Assembly: GCA_024704765.1 (NCBI GenBank)
Contig: JAKMXF010000005.1
Span: 1 to 64,000, forward strand
Length of the DNA stretch: 64,000 nt
Source: Oopsacas minuta
Lineage: Eukaryota; Animalia; Porifera
Direction: 5' to 3'
Both the position numbers and the translations under genes were made by a program. This document shows positions 40,665 through 53,465 of this stretch, in pieces. The notes below the pieces were generated by a model. That model was not told where the DNA came from and made no database searches. It worked only from the letters and a program-made list of their open reading frames with translations. Position 1 is the stretch's first letter. Every line of letters begins with the position of its first letter.

Positions 40665-41544
40665 GTGAGCAGTCTTTTATATATTTAATTTAATCATTGT
40701 TTATAGCCATCTTTATAAGTTGAAGCGAATTTTCGAATATTCCTTCGTTTTGATGACCAGACTTTTCTGACCATCGCTAAATCTGTTTTATTCAGATTCA
40801 ACTTAATTGTTCCACGTATATTGGCATTAGCTCTTGAGGCTCAGGCGCGTGGATACCATAGGGCACAGGGACTCACCCTGGGGTGGCAAGGCGGAGGTTA
40901 GCTGTATGGATCCAGGTCCAAATGTTCCCCTCACGTTTGAACTTAGATGAATCCACATTAAACATACTGCTAATGCCATATTTTCAGGAATTTATAATTC
41001 AGGTTCATTTTTAATGGAGGCTACACCCCTCTGAGGGGTGGCTAGAAGAAACACTGAAGGGTAGGGAAGCTGGAGGCCTTCGTTGCAGAAAGATTGGAAT
41101 AATTTTTGAAGATATTAATATGTATATGTCTCTAATGGCCCACACTCCTATTCAATTACCAACGCAGATATTTCCTACTGCATTATATTGACCACAAATT
41201 TGTACTTCATAAGATCAGTACATCTAGAGATCTACCGGTATAATATTTTCTTCCCTGTCATTATTACTGTAGACCCACGCATATCGTTGCATTACGTCTA
41301 ATATTTTAATTTGCATAAACGCTAATTTTTCTTGCATATCGGGCATTCCCATAGTATTACGTTGTAAGTTCGGCATCTTGGTTCCTCAAACCAATGCACA
41401 CAAATATAGGGTTTCTTCCGCGTAAGACTTTGGCCACTTATTCATGTACTCCTAAAGACACTTTGTGTACTATATGTTACTTGACTCATAAATTTACTTA
41501 GTCAAATAATTCCTATGGTCATTTGTAGCAAAGTGTCAGCCACT

Positions 41545-41853
41545 TTCCATCAAGATCTCTGCTGAGGTTATCGAGCTTAGTAGGTTGGGTAAATCTGTGA
41601 GGGAGATTGCCTTACTCGTAGGCAGCAGTAAGGTTCAGGTTGGCAGAATTCTCAGAGATCAGCGTGGAATAATTGAGAATCTAAAGGCGCCGACGGAATT
41701 ATTCCGGAAACCTCGAGAAACGGAAATTCGTTAAAATAAGGCTAAGGTATATTGAGTTGAGGAAGCGTCCGTGCAGAATATATTGAAATAACCAGAGAGA
41801 TTGTGATCCCGGCAACGGGACCGATGTTGTGCAATCTTGTTCAGTGTGAAGTG
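41545..41853 (+). pseudogene. Tigger/pogo transposase N-terminal fragment (psq-type HTH, start of CENP-B domain)
   Basis: LSIKISAEVIELSRLGKSVREIALLVGSSKVQVGRIL ... IPATGPML. Interrupted by the hAT insertion at 41854. Confidence 0.7.
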
Positions 41854-41983
41854 CAGGGGTCTTCAACCTGCGGCTCGCGATCATAAAGCGTGCGGCTCGC
41901 GGGATAATTCTTGTTTTTGTTTATTTTGTCTTCACTTTGTTAATTTTGAAATTTGGTGTATTTTATTCAACAGATTTTGTGAA
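41854..41983 (+). mobile_element. Left end of the hAT element ending at 35451
   Basis: GTGAAGTG|CAGGGGTCTTCAACCT. The 16-bp TIR is the exact inverse of 35436-35451, with a 7/8 TSD match. Confidence 0.9.
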
Positions 41984-41984
41984 N

Positions 41985-43116
41985 CAAAGGATGATAATTT
42001 CAACCTCAAATGGCGAGCTTACATAGAGTTTCGCACAATACTCAAGATCCAGCCCGTACAGATCTTCAGCGAGTTACAGGAGATATTGTGCGTGGATTGC
42101 CCTTCCAGATCTACCGTAGAGCGACGGGCTGCCCGTTTTAGATCTGGTGATGCTGATGTCACAGATTTGCCTCGAGCTGGAAGACCGGTATCCGCCACCA
42201 CTTCAGAGAATATCGCACTGATTTGAAAGTATGGTCATGGAAGACAAGTGCATTACTGTCAATCAGTTAGAACAAAGTATGGAAATTTCATCGGGAGCTA
42301 TTCATACAATTCTGACAATTGATCTTGGCTACCGATCGATTTGTGGGAAATGGGTCCGCATAAACTCAGTTAGAATCAAAGGTTAGCATGACTGAATATT
42401 GCCAAGAAACTCTTAGAAACTTATGAGAACTGCGATTCTAGACGCCTAACAGAGATTATTGCAGGTGACGAGACGTGGGTGTACTATTCAACACCATATA
42501 GCAAGTATAAGAAGCGATCATGGGTGAGGGGCGATGAACAACCGGCGAAAATTCCTAGGCCCGACTTGAGAAAACCAAGATTATGTATACCATCTTCTTC
42601 AGTAGTCATAGAATTGTCTTGCAATTACCTTGTGAAAGTGGCAAAGCTGTTACTGCTACTTTCTTTACAGAGCAAGTGCTTCCAAATTTGATAAAAAATA
42701 TAGAAAGTGCCGCCGAAAACCGGAACTCGAGGAATGAATATTTTAATTGATAACACCAGTTCCCATACAGCTAAGCTTACCAAAAATTTCTTGGATGTAG
42801 AAGGGTTAGAATTACTTCCCCATCCATCATACTCACCAGACCTAGCTCGTGTGATTTTTGGCTATTCCCCAAGCTTAAAATCCACCTTCAAGGCAAATAT
42901 TTTAACACATTACAGCACTCGGAACGGGTCTGTACCAGTACTCAAATCCATCCCCGAAGAAGAGTACAGAAATGTGTTGACAAGTGGGTGGAAAGGTTAA
43001 AACTTTGTGTATCTGCAGGAGGGGATTATTTTGAATACATAATATAGTGAATTAGTGTGTATAGTGTTTGTATCATATTCTATGATATCACCCGCAAGAC
43101 ATATTGAACGCCCTAG
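41985..43116 (+). mobile_element. Mariner element, pseudogenised transposase; left end lost at N41984
   Basis: RAYIEFRT...PRAGRP, AGDETW, IDNTSSH, HPSYSPDL, GDYFEY motifs with frameshifts. Right terminus ...TTGAACGCCCTAG|TA. Confidence 0.85.
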
Positions 43117-45858
43117 TACTACAGTTTTGTCACTATTAAATTGAAGAAATCATGTTTTCGACTTCAAATAGCCACAATGCTATTTCTTTTTCCTAGACCA
43201 TTCTTCGCTATATTGTTTTTTGGAATATTTCTTATTCGCTTATAACCTTAAAAATTTTATTAGCTCTGGGATGAAAGCAACATTGTAATCGGAAATTCTA
43301 CTAGTTATACTTGGATATACTACTCTAATGAAATCTCCATGGCTCAAATTTGATTTCGAATTAAAATATCTAATTTAACTTTACGCATCCAGTTCTCCAC
43401 TATGGCGTTATTATAATACGAATAATTATTTCCCACTGAATGCCTGTGGGATCCTAATATATCACCACTCCATAATGGCAGAATGGATGAGTAGTGAATT
43501 AAAATATCAGAATAGGATGATAGCAAGGATTCGAATAAATGCTTGGGTGTGTTTGCTGAAGGGAGATCTGTCTCTTATGGTTTTGCCATCCTTAATATCG
43601 ATGGATCATTATCACTATCCTCATTGTCTAAACTTCATTTGTATCTAATACATGATAAATCTCACTAATATATTACTCTGATGATTTAATATTGATTAAT
43701 GCATCTTCATTTAGATATTTACTCTTAAACACGACACAAAGAAATGATAACAGAACTTATTTGAGTAATATTTTTCAACGCACTTGAAATCCAAAGGAAT
43801 ACAAATCAACTTCTCACTTCTTTATTTAACTTAAATTTCCTATTAATGTGAAAGCCAATACCGTACATTATATGGGCAGAACATAGATGGAGAAATTACA
43901 TTTAATTCTGATCCCTGATTGGCAGAATTGTATCCACTCTGTCCTAACATTTATCAAGATATATATCAATATCACATTTAAGAAAAGCATAACACACTAA
44001 TGAATTAACGCCAAACTGAGACTATCTCAATTTGTCTTATGTTAATATTATTGCCCCATATTTTCTTTGTATCAAGATACCATTACTGTAGAAATAAGTA
44101 ATCTCAGCGCTAGTATGCCCAAAACTGAGCATCCCTGTCAGAGGTACGGAACTGACAGAATAAGTTGGATGTTGTATTGTGATGGCATAATATTCTTTAG
44201 GATGGCGAAATTTAGCGTTGAATTTCTATTTCTCTAGACTCGAATTTGTTGTAGAAATATTTACTTACAGATGTGTTTGCTTCTTGTGTTGCTACTTTTC
44301 ACCTATTAGAATTACACAAATTTCTCCCATAAACAATGTTATTATCTGTAGTTGATCAGATAGAGTACTATAAACTATGTAATTCACGTTAATACCATCA
44401 TCGGTGTGACATTTAAGAGGATTCTTGTAATAATGAATGTAAAAGCAAAACAATTGCGAAATTTTGACACTGCATTTACTCTAAAACCAATTGTTCGGTT
44501 TTATACTTTGAGAGTTCTTTATTTTCTGGTATTTAAAACAAAGTGCACAATTAAATATTCTTTCAAATTGGAATTAAATAAGTTACTCCAATCTTTTGAA
44601 AGTATAACACGATTATCCACGAATTTAGTGATATTTTCCCATTCTATAAGTTAAGATAATAGTTACCCGTACTTTGTTTCATAGCGGTGGACTCGTCAAT
44701 GATTACCTCATCTAAAATATCACCATCATCTGGGGCTAGGACAAATTACATATATTATCGGTAGATTTATTGATGACAACACTAGTTTCTGAGTTACCCA
44801 TATCATGTGATAGTTTAGATAACATGTCTGATATGAATCAACTAACAGAGGAACTTTTGAGGAGTTAACCTTGCCTATTTTTTCTGATACAGTTGAATGA
44901 ATTGAAAATATTTGATTTTCTCGAATAGATAAAGCAAAGCAAAGTTAAGAAATTCCTCGAGTTATGCAACTGTGAAAATAGGATAAGCAATTCCAAACAA
45001 ATTCAAGCTTCTACAGCTTTTGTCCACAAATATCCATGCATCTAATAGGAAACTATTTCTCTTAACAATCCTTATGTTTTTAAGGTGCTCATATAGAAAC
45101 TGATTAAATTTTTTGAACTCCTCATAGAACAACCCATTTATGATTAGGAATTCAGCACTAATGTGCGGACATTCTGATCCTAAAAATTTCAGTACGTCTA
45201 TCGATAGAAGAATATCCCTTTCCTCTAAATCGCATGATTTAGAGGAAAGGGTTGCAAATTACTACATGTGAGACAAGTATGTGGCCCCTCGGGGGACCTA
45301 ACTTTGGTAGATAGGTGACCACGTGACAGTATGCTCTGATCTATGATATTTTTTACCCTGGTATAATTAAGAATCACTTTGAGTTGTCTTTAGTACGAGT
45401 TGATCAGATATGAGTTGGCATCTAGTACGAAAAGTCTTACGCCTAGGAGCACCCAGCGCTCCCAGATAATTCCTGTATCTCTTTCCCTGTTTTTGTACTT
45501 GTTTAGAAAGGTTAAATTACTATCCCTGAACCAAACTATGCAGGATCAACTTTCGCTATGTATTACCAGTTTTGGTTGATAAAACTTTGGACATTGTCCT
45601 CAATTAAAGAGTAGACATCAGGGTACATATCCACTTTGCCAGGATGGGAATTCTACCCAGACCTACCCTTAGATCCTTCCCTGTAGGCTAATGAATGCCT
45701 TCTGCGGAGTTTAAACAAAGTATCAGGCATTGAGTTATGGACAACAGAAATTTTACTCCTAAATATTTACGCTAATCCTTATGGACATTACAATCCATGA
45801 GTTTACAACAGTGGTTCCCAACCTTTTTCACCTGTCGAGGCGTGGATCCCCTATAGTC

Positions 45859-46005
45859 CTGTTGCGTGAGATTGTAACTCATTAGTATTATTAGACCAGG
45901 GACAGCCTTTCACCGTGAGATTTTAACTCATCTATATTAAACTACAGTGAATTTGCAAGATATTCGATCAGGATCATTTCAATCACTAATTTGTCCTACT
46001 TGTAC
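45859..46005. repeat. 147-bp arm, inverse of 39709-39855
   Basis: CTGTTGCGTGAG...TCCTACTTGTAC followed by N46006. Confidence 0.9.
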
Positions 46006-47044
46006 NAATATTTTGTACAGACATGGTGACGTAAAATCCGCTGATGAGATTGCATTGTTTAAGATGATGACGTCAGGACATTTACCACATTGAGAGGTAC
46101 CTGTGATTCAAATTTCGAACTTATTTCATGTATATTCACTGAGCGGTGGTTAATAATGTGATTTTGAATCCAACAAAGGTGAAAATTGACGTCACAATTT
46201 CGGCATTTGTGATCATTCGTCCATGACTTAATTATTTAGCCGGGCCCTAAATGCCCCTGTATACCAAAATCCTTGTTGGTGGGCTTCCACTTTCCTCAAT
46301 GATTTCTTGACATACCAACATATATACGTATATGTTACGGGCATCTTGTTTAATTGCCCCTTTCATGCATTGGGCAAACAAACTGCTCAATTAGTTTTAT
46401 CAGTGATTGAATTGTCCATTTCATTGAATAGATATTTGGTTACTCATTTCATGTAATCGTCTTTCAAATTGTTACACACTTCATGAAATCTGCAATGCTG
46501 TTGTCTTAGTAACATATAATTCTTAAATAATTAATTTTCAACACCAATTTTGATTTCACTCTCCCTTATTGAGTATAATGTTCACGTAATAACACGTAGA
46601 TACAAGTGCATATCAAAGCATTCTTCAATTGTCTCAATTCGGGAACACCAATGCTTTCGTTTTCTTTTTGGTGAATTATCATAGATGGAGGAGAAAGTTG
46701 CAGAAAATCGAACTCTATGGGATGAGAATTAAAAAAATTACGTCATCGATGTTATGGACGTGGAAAAACAACAACGGGCGAATCTCTTCTAAGGGAATCT
46801 TACAATATATTGAATGTATATTCCTTAGTATCTATTGGATATGTTGCTATGGTTACTAAGCGGAATGGAAAATACATGGCAACTAGAGGGAGTTATTAAT
46901 ACGAGGAGCACTCAATAAGTTTTGAGCCTGACTATGTTGCGAGCTCTTTTATAAGTAAACCATTGCTTGTTTCGAATAAACATGGGATAAATATACTTCG
47001 CTGAAAATCTTGTAACTTTATCTTGTATACTTTTGAGATAGCAG

Positions 47045-48556
47045 CAGTGGCGTCGTGCTCTATGGGCCCGGGGGGGCCCGGGTCCCCCCAAATTTCATAA
47101 GCCGCCTCCAGATAATTTATTTCTCCCTATCGATTAATGCTTTTCGCTTTTGGTCTTGATGCATCTACTGATAGTTACATCATGTACATAGGTCAACCCT
47201 TAATTCTTTGATTTATATATCAATTTAGAACATTATTTGATTCTTTTTCCCTAACTTTCGTATATAGTTATTATCTTTTGTTCGTCAATGATTTCGGATA
47301 AATATTTTTACCCTTTGTCACCATGTTCTCCTCCAATTATTCAATCAAGTGATACTTCTGCAGATACAGTAGTCACTAATAGTTCTATAGAATCTGAGAC
47401 TTCGTTTGTGGATTACTCGTTGTTGAACGATGCTATGGGACAAGAATTTGTGATTCCAGTAGACAGATTACTTCGTGCTGAATACATCAAATATGGAGCT
47501 GTACGACTGAAACTACCAAATAACTCATACCCTCAGACATTATTTCATGGGAAAATGAGGGCTTTTCGGGCAAATTGGTATATTTCAAGACCCTGGTTAG
47601 AGTATAATAAGTATAATGACTGTTATTGTCCGTTGAATCTAACAGAATGAACTCAATCCCTAAAACATTTGAGAAGATTCACGAGAGATTTTGGAATACT
47701 CCCAGGAAATAGTGTATATCAGTACTGAACATATGAACACTAATTTACAAATATAATAGTATTTACCATAGATTACTTGAAATATAGTTTGAACCAAAGA
47801 GAGTTCGAGTACTTACATTATGATATTTATAACTGTCTTGGGATGTATTATTGACGCATCTGTACATTTTGATCGAATTTTATGTAGAAATTTAATCAAA
47901 TTTTCTTATGTCGAACTTTGATCGAATGATGAAAAAGGGAAATTTTGATCAAAGTTCTACTAAAATGTCTCCAGTTGAACTTTGATCGAAAAATTGTAGA
48001 ATTTTGATCGAAAATGAGAACTTTGATCGAAAATGGGAACTTTGATTGAAAATGGGGAAAATACAACAAAAAAATCCAACGATACGCCATTTTACAAAGA
48101 TTAATAATAATCAATCCAACAAAACTCCATCCAATCATAAAATTAGCATTAATTTCACACTAACTTTATAATTTGTTAGTTAGAAAGAGTACCATTACCT
48201 TATGGCTCTGGGAGTATTTATTTGTGTTCATTATTAGCTACTAAAGCACGGGAGTGTGGAATTTATGCTAATTTTATGATTGCATGGAGTTTTTTGGATT
48301 GATTAATATTAATCTTTGTAAAATGGCGTATAGTTAGATTTTTTTGTTGTATTTTCTCCATTTTCGATCAAAGATCTCATTTTCTTCAAAATTCTACAAT
48401 TTTTCGATCAAAGTTTGACTGGAGACATTGTAGTAGAACTTTGATCAAAATTTTCCTTTTTCATCATTCGATCAATGTTCTACATAAAATTCGATAAAAT
48501 ATACAGATCCATTAACTCTGGGCCCCCCCAGACAATTTCCAAGCACGACGCCACTG
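47045..48556 (+). mobile_element. Non-autonomous hAT (Tip100/ZMYM1-like) deletion derivative with TSD
   Basis: 15-bp TIR CAGTGGCGTCGTGCT / AGCACGACGCCACTG. Flanks GATAGCAG / GATAGTAG. The ORF at 47288-47650 carries the start of a TTF-type zinc finger (YP...RAFRANWY...WLEYNK..D). Confidence 0.85.
47858..48508. repeat. ~650-bp fold-back element nested in the hAT derivative
   Basis: The arms (~47858-48155 and ~48258-48508) are reverse complements and are built from TTTGATCGAAAA subrepeats. Confidence 0.88.
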
Positions 48557-48578
48557 GATAGTAGTAGTTTTATTATCT

Positions 48579-49659
48579 ATGGATTCCTTAGTTACCAAAT
48601 CCTCAATACAGTTATCAAGGCGTGATATTCGTGCGATCATACTTTTTCAGTTCCAACTTTTGAAACGAATAAAAGAATGTCACGAAAATTTCTGTACAGC
48701 CTTTCCAAATAACAAGGTATCTGCGGCAACAGTGAAAAGATGGTACAGAGAAATTATGTGTGGGAATTTTCATCTTGAAGACCAACCCCGCCCTGGACCA
48801 CCCCCATACGCTGTTACAGAGGGAATTGTTGGGTCAATTGAGGACATGGTGATAGCAGACCCCAATGTTACATATGAGAGGATTCAACACGGAATTGGCA
48901 TTTCATCCGGGGCAGTGCACACCGTTTTACACCAATCCCTTCAGCTACGTGAACTTTGTGGCCGTTGGATCCCACATCAGCTTCATCCTGAGCAGAAGCA
49001 GAATCGAGTGAAATGGTGCCATGAAATGCTTAAAAATTCAACAATGGCAACAGTAGAGATGTTTCCAAGATAATAACTGGTGACGAAACATGGATCTATC
49101 ACTATGATCCAGAAACAAAGCAGCAGAGCCGTCAATGGTGTGAAATTGGAGGTCTCCCAACAAAGGTTCGCAGGACTCAGTACACCAAGAAACAAATGTA
49201 TGCAATTTTTTTTTATACAACGGGTGTTAAAACTGTTGTACCTCTTGAACCTGGTAAGACTATTAATTCAACCTGGTATACAGAGAGTTGTTTGCCTCTA
49301 GTCATAAAAGCAATAAATTTACAGCGTCCTGGCATAGGATTAAGGGGAACTTTTTTCACCACGATAATGCCAGTTCTTATACATCAAAAATGACAAGACA
49401 ATTCATTGAAGAATCAGGACTACATATTTTGCCACACCCCTTATCCTCTAGATCTAGCACCCTGCGACTTCTGGCTCTTTCCTAGAATAAAAAAATACCT
49501 TAAGGCAGAAATTTTTCATCGAATTCTGAACTTGAGGGGGCCCTCAGAGAAGTGATCGGAGACATCAACGAAAATGAATTTAAAGAAGCTATTCAAGCTT
49601 GGTTTAAACGAATGAACAAGTGTATTCAAGCGAAGGGATGCTATTTCGAACAATTGTAG
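48579..49659 (+). pseudogene. Mariner (DD34D) transposase pseudogene
   Basis: WIPHQL, TGDETWIYHYDPETKQQSRQW, HHDNA, HP..S.DLAPCDFWLF and GCYFEQL*. Several frameshifts; TIRs not found. Confidence 0.9.
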
Positions 49660-49675
49660 TAAAAATAAATATAGA

Positions 49676-50460
49676 TTGATGCTTTTTGATACTGAGGCTC
49701 AAAAGTTATTGAGTACCCCTCGTATAATATTTTCTATGCATATCGCAACAGTCCATGGAGGCGAAAAGAAAGCTCACAAACTGATACAAGATAAATTTGC
49801 CAATATCCGGCGTTACCTTGTCCAGGAACATATAAAACTTTGCGAAAGATGTGCAGAGAAGAGAGCAAGACGAGAGACTGCTTCTGGAGTAGTTATACGT
49901 CCTCTAACAGTGAAAGACTTAAATGAACTTGGCCAGGTAGATCCTGTTAATATGCAGACATTCCAAGATGGTAATTACAGATTTCTATTACATTACATGG
50001 AATATCTAACAAAATTCCATGTTATTCGTCCTCTACAAAGAAAACCAGCTACAGAAGTTGCAAATCAATTGCTTTCGATTTCCTAGACTTTGGTATACCA
50101 ATATTTTGCAATTAGATAATTGTCATGAAGTTACGGGACAAGTGATTCAAGAACTTTTTCTTGTGAATGGACGTCCACGTCATCCCCAAAGTCAGGATCA
50201 GTCGAGTGGAGCAATGGTGACATGAAGACTCAATTGATGGCTTGGATGCGAGATAATAATACATCCAAATGGAGCTATGGGGTCCGTTTTGTGCAATGCT
50301 TTATGAACATTTCCTATCATGAAGAAATAATAATGGAACCGTATAAAGCAATGACTGTTAACAAATCACGTTGTGGATTGAAAAGTATTCTACCAACAGA
50401 TTTTCTCGTAAAATATTTACAGGTATATTGGAGGGAGATCTTGAATTCAAATATGTGAAG
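49676..50460 (+). pseudogene. Ginger2/KRBA2-SCAND3-like integrase pseudogene
   Basis: HIATVHGG...LCERC, GQVDPVNMQ, YLTKFHVIRPL, LQLDN, NGRPRHPQSQ..VERSNGDMK. Frameshifted. Confidence 0.85.
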
Positions 50461-53400
50461 TTCAAAACGGAGATGTTAATTGGAATAATCCAGAAACTAT
50501 AGTTTCACCTGGTAATGACAATCCTGATAATGAAAGTAATCATCTACCCCAAAGGCAGAATCTTCCATGGCCAATGAGAGGAACTCATCTACTCCCAATG
50601 GCAGAATCTTCACTGGAGAACAGTGGCGTAATGATGTCTAGTGCTGCTGAGGGCACATGCTCTAAACACCGCCACCTAAAATGTAACATTATGAGTAGTA
50701 TCTTAAATAACTCCTGGGAAGGGTGTTGTTTGAAAATTCCCTTGCCCCCTGCCCTGGTTCATTAGATACCATGCTTAGTCATTGTTTACATAATATGTGA
50801 TTACGCATATATGTTTTAACTTTTAACTAAAATACAATAATACTACCGCTTCGGGTCGTTAGTAGCTCTTCTTTACAACCTGATCTTTCGTGTTTTGAGT
50901 CTCGTAAACTTATCGATTGCATGGGTGAAGTAACTTAAAGAGACAACCCTGGTTAGAACAGATATAAATTATCATGGTGGGATTACATGAGATTTATCAT
51001 ATTTGTGTGGACCAATATATCAAAATTCCGCCCCCCAGAAAGTGCCCCTGGGGGCACGTGCCCCATTGCCCCCCGTCGTTACGCTACTGCTGAAGAATGG
51101 AAGTACTCATATATTGCCATGTAACACAACACCATTAGGTAATGACAGTGCTGAAGAGATTCTTAGTGATTTAATACAATGAAAGGATCCAGAATTGCAT
51201 CGTACAAATTTTTCTAATTCTCAAGCCTCGAACCTTAGAGGCAATGATAGCCATCCGGCATGAAGTGCACAAATAGAAGCATGCAAAGGTTTCCAAAAAC
51301 AAGCAAAAAAATGATTCACGCAGTACTCGCTCCCTGCGTCCTCTTCATATCGGCGATAGCAAAGCTGAGCCTGTATCCCAGTTTGATCGAAGCAAAGGTG
51401 ATCCAAAAAAAATAATTGGGATTGTTTTGGAAATTACTCAGAGGTTATTAAATTATTAACATTTCCACAGCCAATATACATGAAATAAGTTCGAAATTTG
51501 AATCACAGGTACCTCTCAATGTGGTAAATGTCCTGACGTCATCATCTTAAACAATGCAATCTCATCAGCGGATTTTACGTCACCATGTCTGTACAAAATA
51601 TTAAAATTCCCCGAATTTTGATCTTTTTCAGAATTTTCATAAGACTCGAAGCACGAAGTGAGAGGTTAATAACCTAAAGCCACGTAAGAGCGCTAGTATC
51701 ACCACAAAAGGCCATCAAATGTAATTTGGATGGGCCATAGACAATATATGGTAAAATTTCCTAAAATGTGCCTCGAGGCACGTAGTGACCCAAAAAGCAC
51801 TGACAAATGTACTTGTTTCATACTTGAGCTGATGCAAGGGACAGTGCTTAAGGATAATTCCGCCCGTTACGGAGCGACTTAGCAAGCGAAGCAACCTATA
51901 TACGTAGATTAATTGTGTTTTAATATATCCAGAATAGATGAAGATGTTGGAGGACCCCGAGGGATTATTTTGTGGCAGACAGGGTTATTTTGGACATGGC
52001 TTGGAAAATTTCGAGTTTCGAGTGAAATTCCGACCCATAACGAAATTATTACGTAATTGTAACCTTCGTGGAATTATATAATGATATGATCACTTTTTAA
52101 CCCCTACAAGTATGTCATTCAAACAAAAAGTACAAATTTTCAAAACACAAAAATTTTTTAAATAGATTTATACCCGAGCTCGAAGTGCCAAGATTACTAA
52201 CCAAAACCAAGTAGTACCTGAGAATTGAATGCAATTTTAACCGACCATGTATAATAAAATCTTAAATTTTCTGATACTTTCTATACTCATATATACACAA
52301 ACATCCAATTTTTCCCTATAAAACGCTGCCATCTCGAAATTCTAAAACGTCGCGATGCCTCCATCTCCATATCTTTTACGTAATATTAGGCTATCTCTGT
52401 GCTCATTTTCATACTTGTATAAAAAAACAATATCCAATTCATGTCAGTATGGCAGCTAATGCTTGCCTCACTATAATATAGGCTATCGATAGTGAAAAAT
52501 CGAATGGAACCCTTAAAACCAATGTACAAAGCTATAGAGATGCCATTTTGAGCAATTTCATCAAAATGACCCACAAAAAAGATTTATGGCTTGGAAATAT
52601 ATCTTATTAATAGCCCATGCTTTTTCAGTATTTTTAATACTGGGTTCGATTTTCAAAATATCGCTTGATCTCATTGAGTAATACAATTAAATCTGTAATG
52701 TAGATCGCCAAAAGAGGATAGGACTATAGGTAAAATAACAGTGACTAATTTCTGATCGAAGAATAAGATGATTGAATACTCTTTATGTTACTATTGATGA
52801 GAAACTTGTTCCAGCTTCACATAAGATCCACTTGAACCTTTATGTGGAGGGCTGTTAATTTTCATTATCTCATTTTTTGTAACCTATCAGCGGATGACAA
52901 ATATTCGTGAGGTATTCATTTAGTTAATGGCTTGTCAAAGGTAGAATTTATGTGTGGCGACCACAATATAAAGTGGACGTTAGAGAGAGGTTTAGCACCA
53001 GTAAGGGACCAAAAATGGTGGCCGCTAGGTGCAGATGATCATTATACAGAGGTGGCCGTTGAGCAGGTTTGACTGTAGATAATTCGAATTGCATACGTAT
53101 GACTCATAATATTCTAGTGATATCGATATACATATATATTCAGGATCCCCCGTAAAATGTTTGCTTTTATAACTAGGAACCGATATTTATTTAAGAAATT
53201 ACGAACTTAACCTTTAACATATATCGGGTACATAGTTTTATTGCGTTTATGTTCGTATTTACTCTAACATCTACATAAACATTCTGATTTTCAGGTCTAA
53301 CTGTATGTAGGTTCAGAAGAGAGATGCTCCTGAATTACAAGAAACGTTGTTGGCGTTTATCATATCAAAGTGAGCCAGAAGTAATATTAACGAAAGAGAA

Positions 53401-53465
53401 TTTGTGGATGAAGTACAGCTCACTAGCTACTCTCAATCACCTGAAACAGGTGCTACTTCTTCAGT

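Noticed and set aside
53280-53465. Possible spectrin exon or RAG2-like partner next to the Chapaev element
   Set aside because: The translations (e.g. VQKRDAPELQETLL) show no spectrin or kelch features. ORF 53404-53658 simply runs through the TIR.
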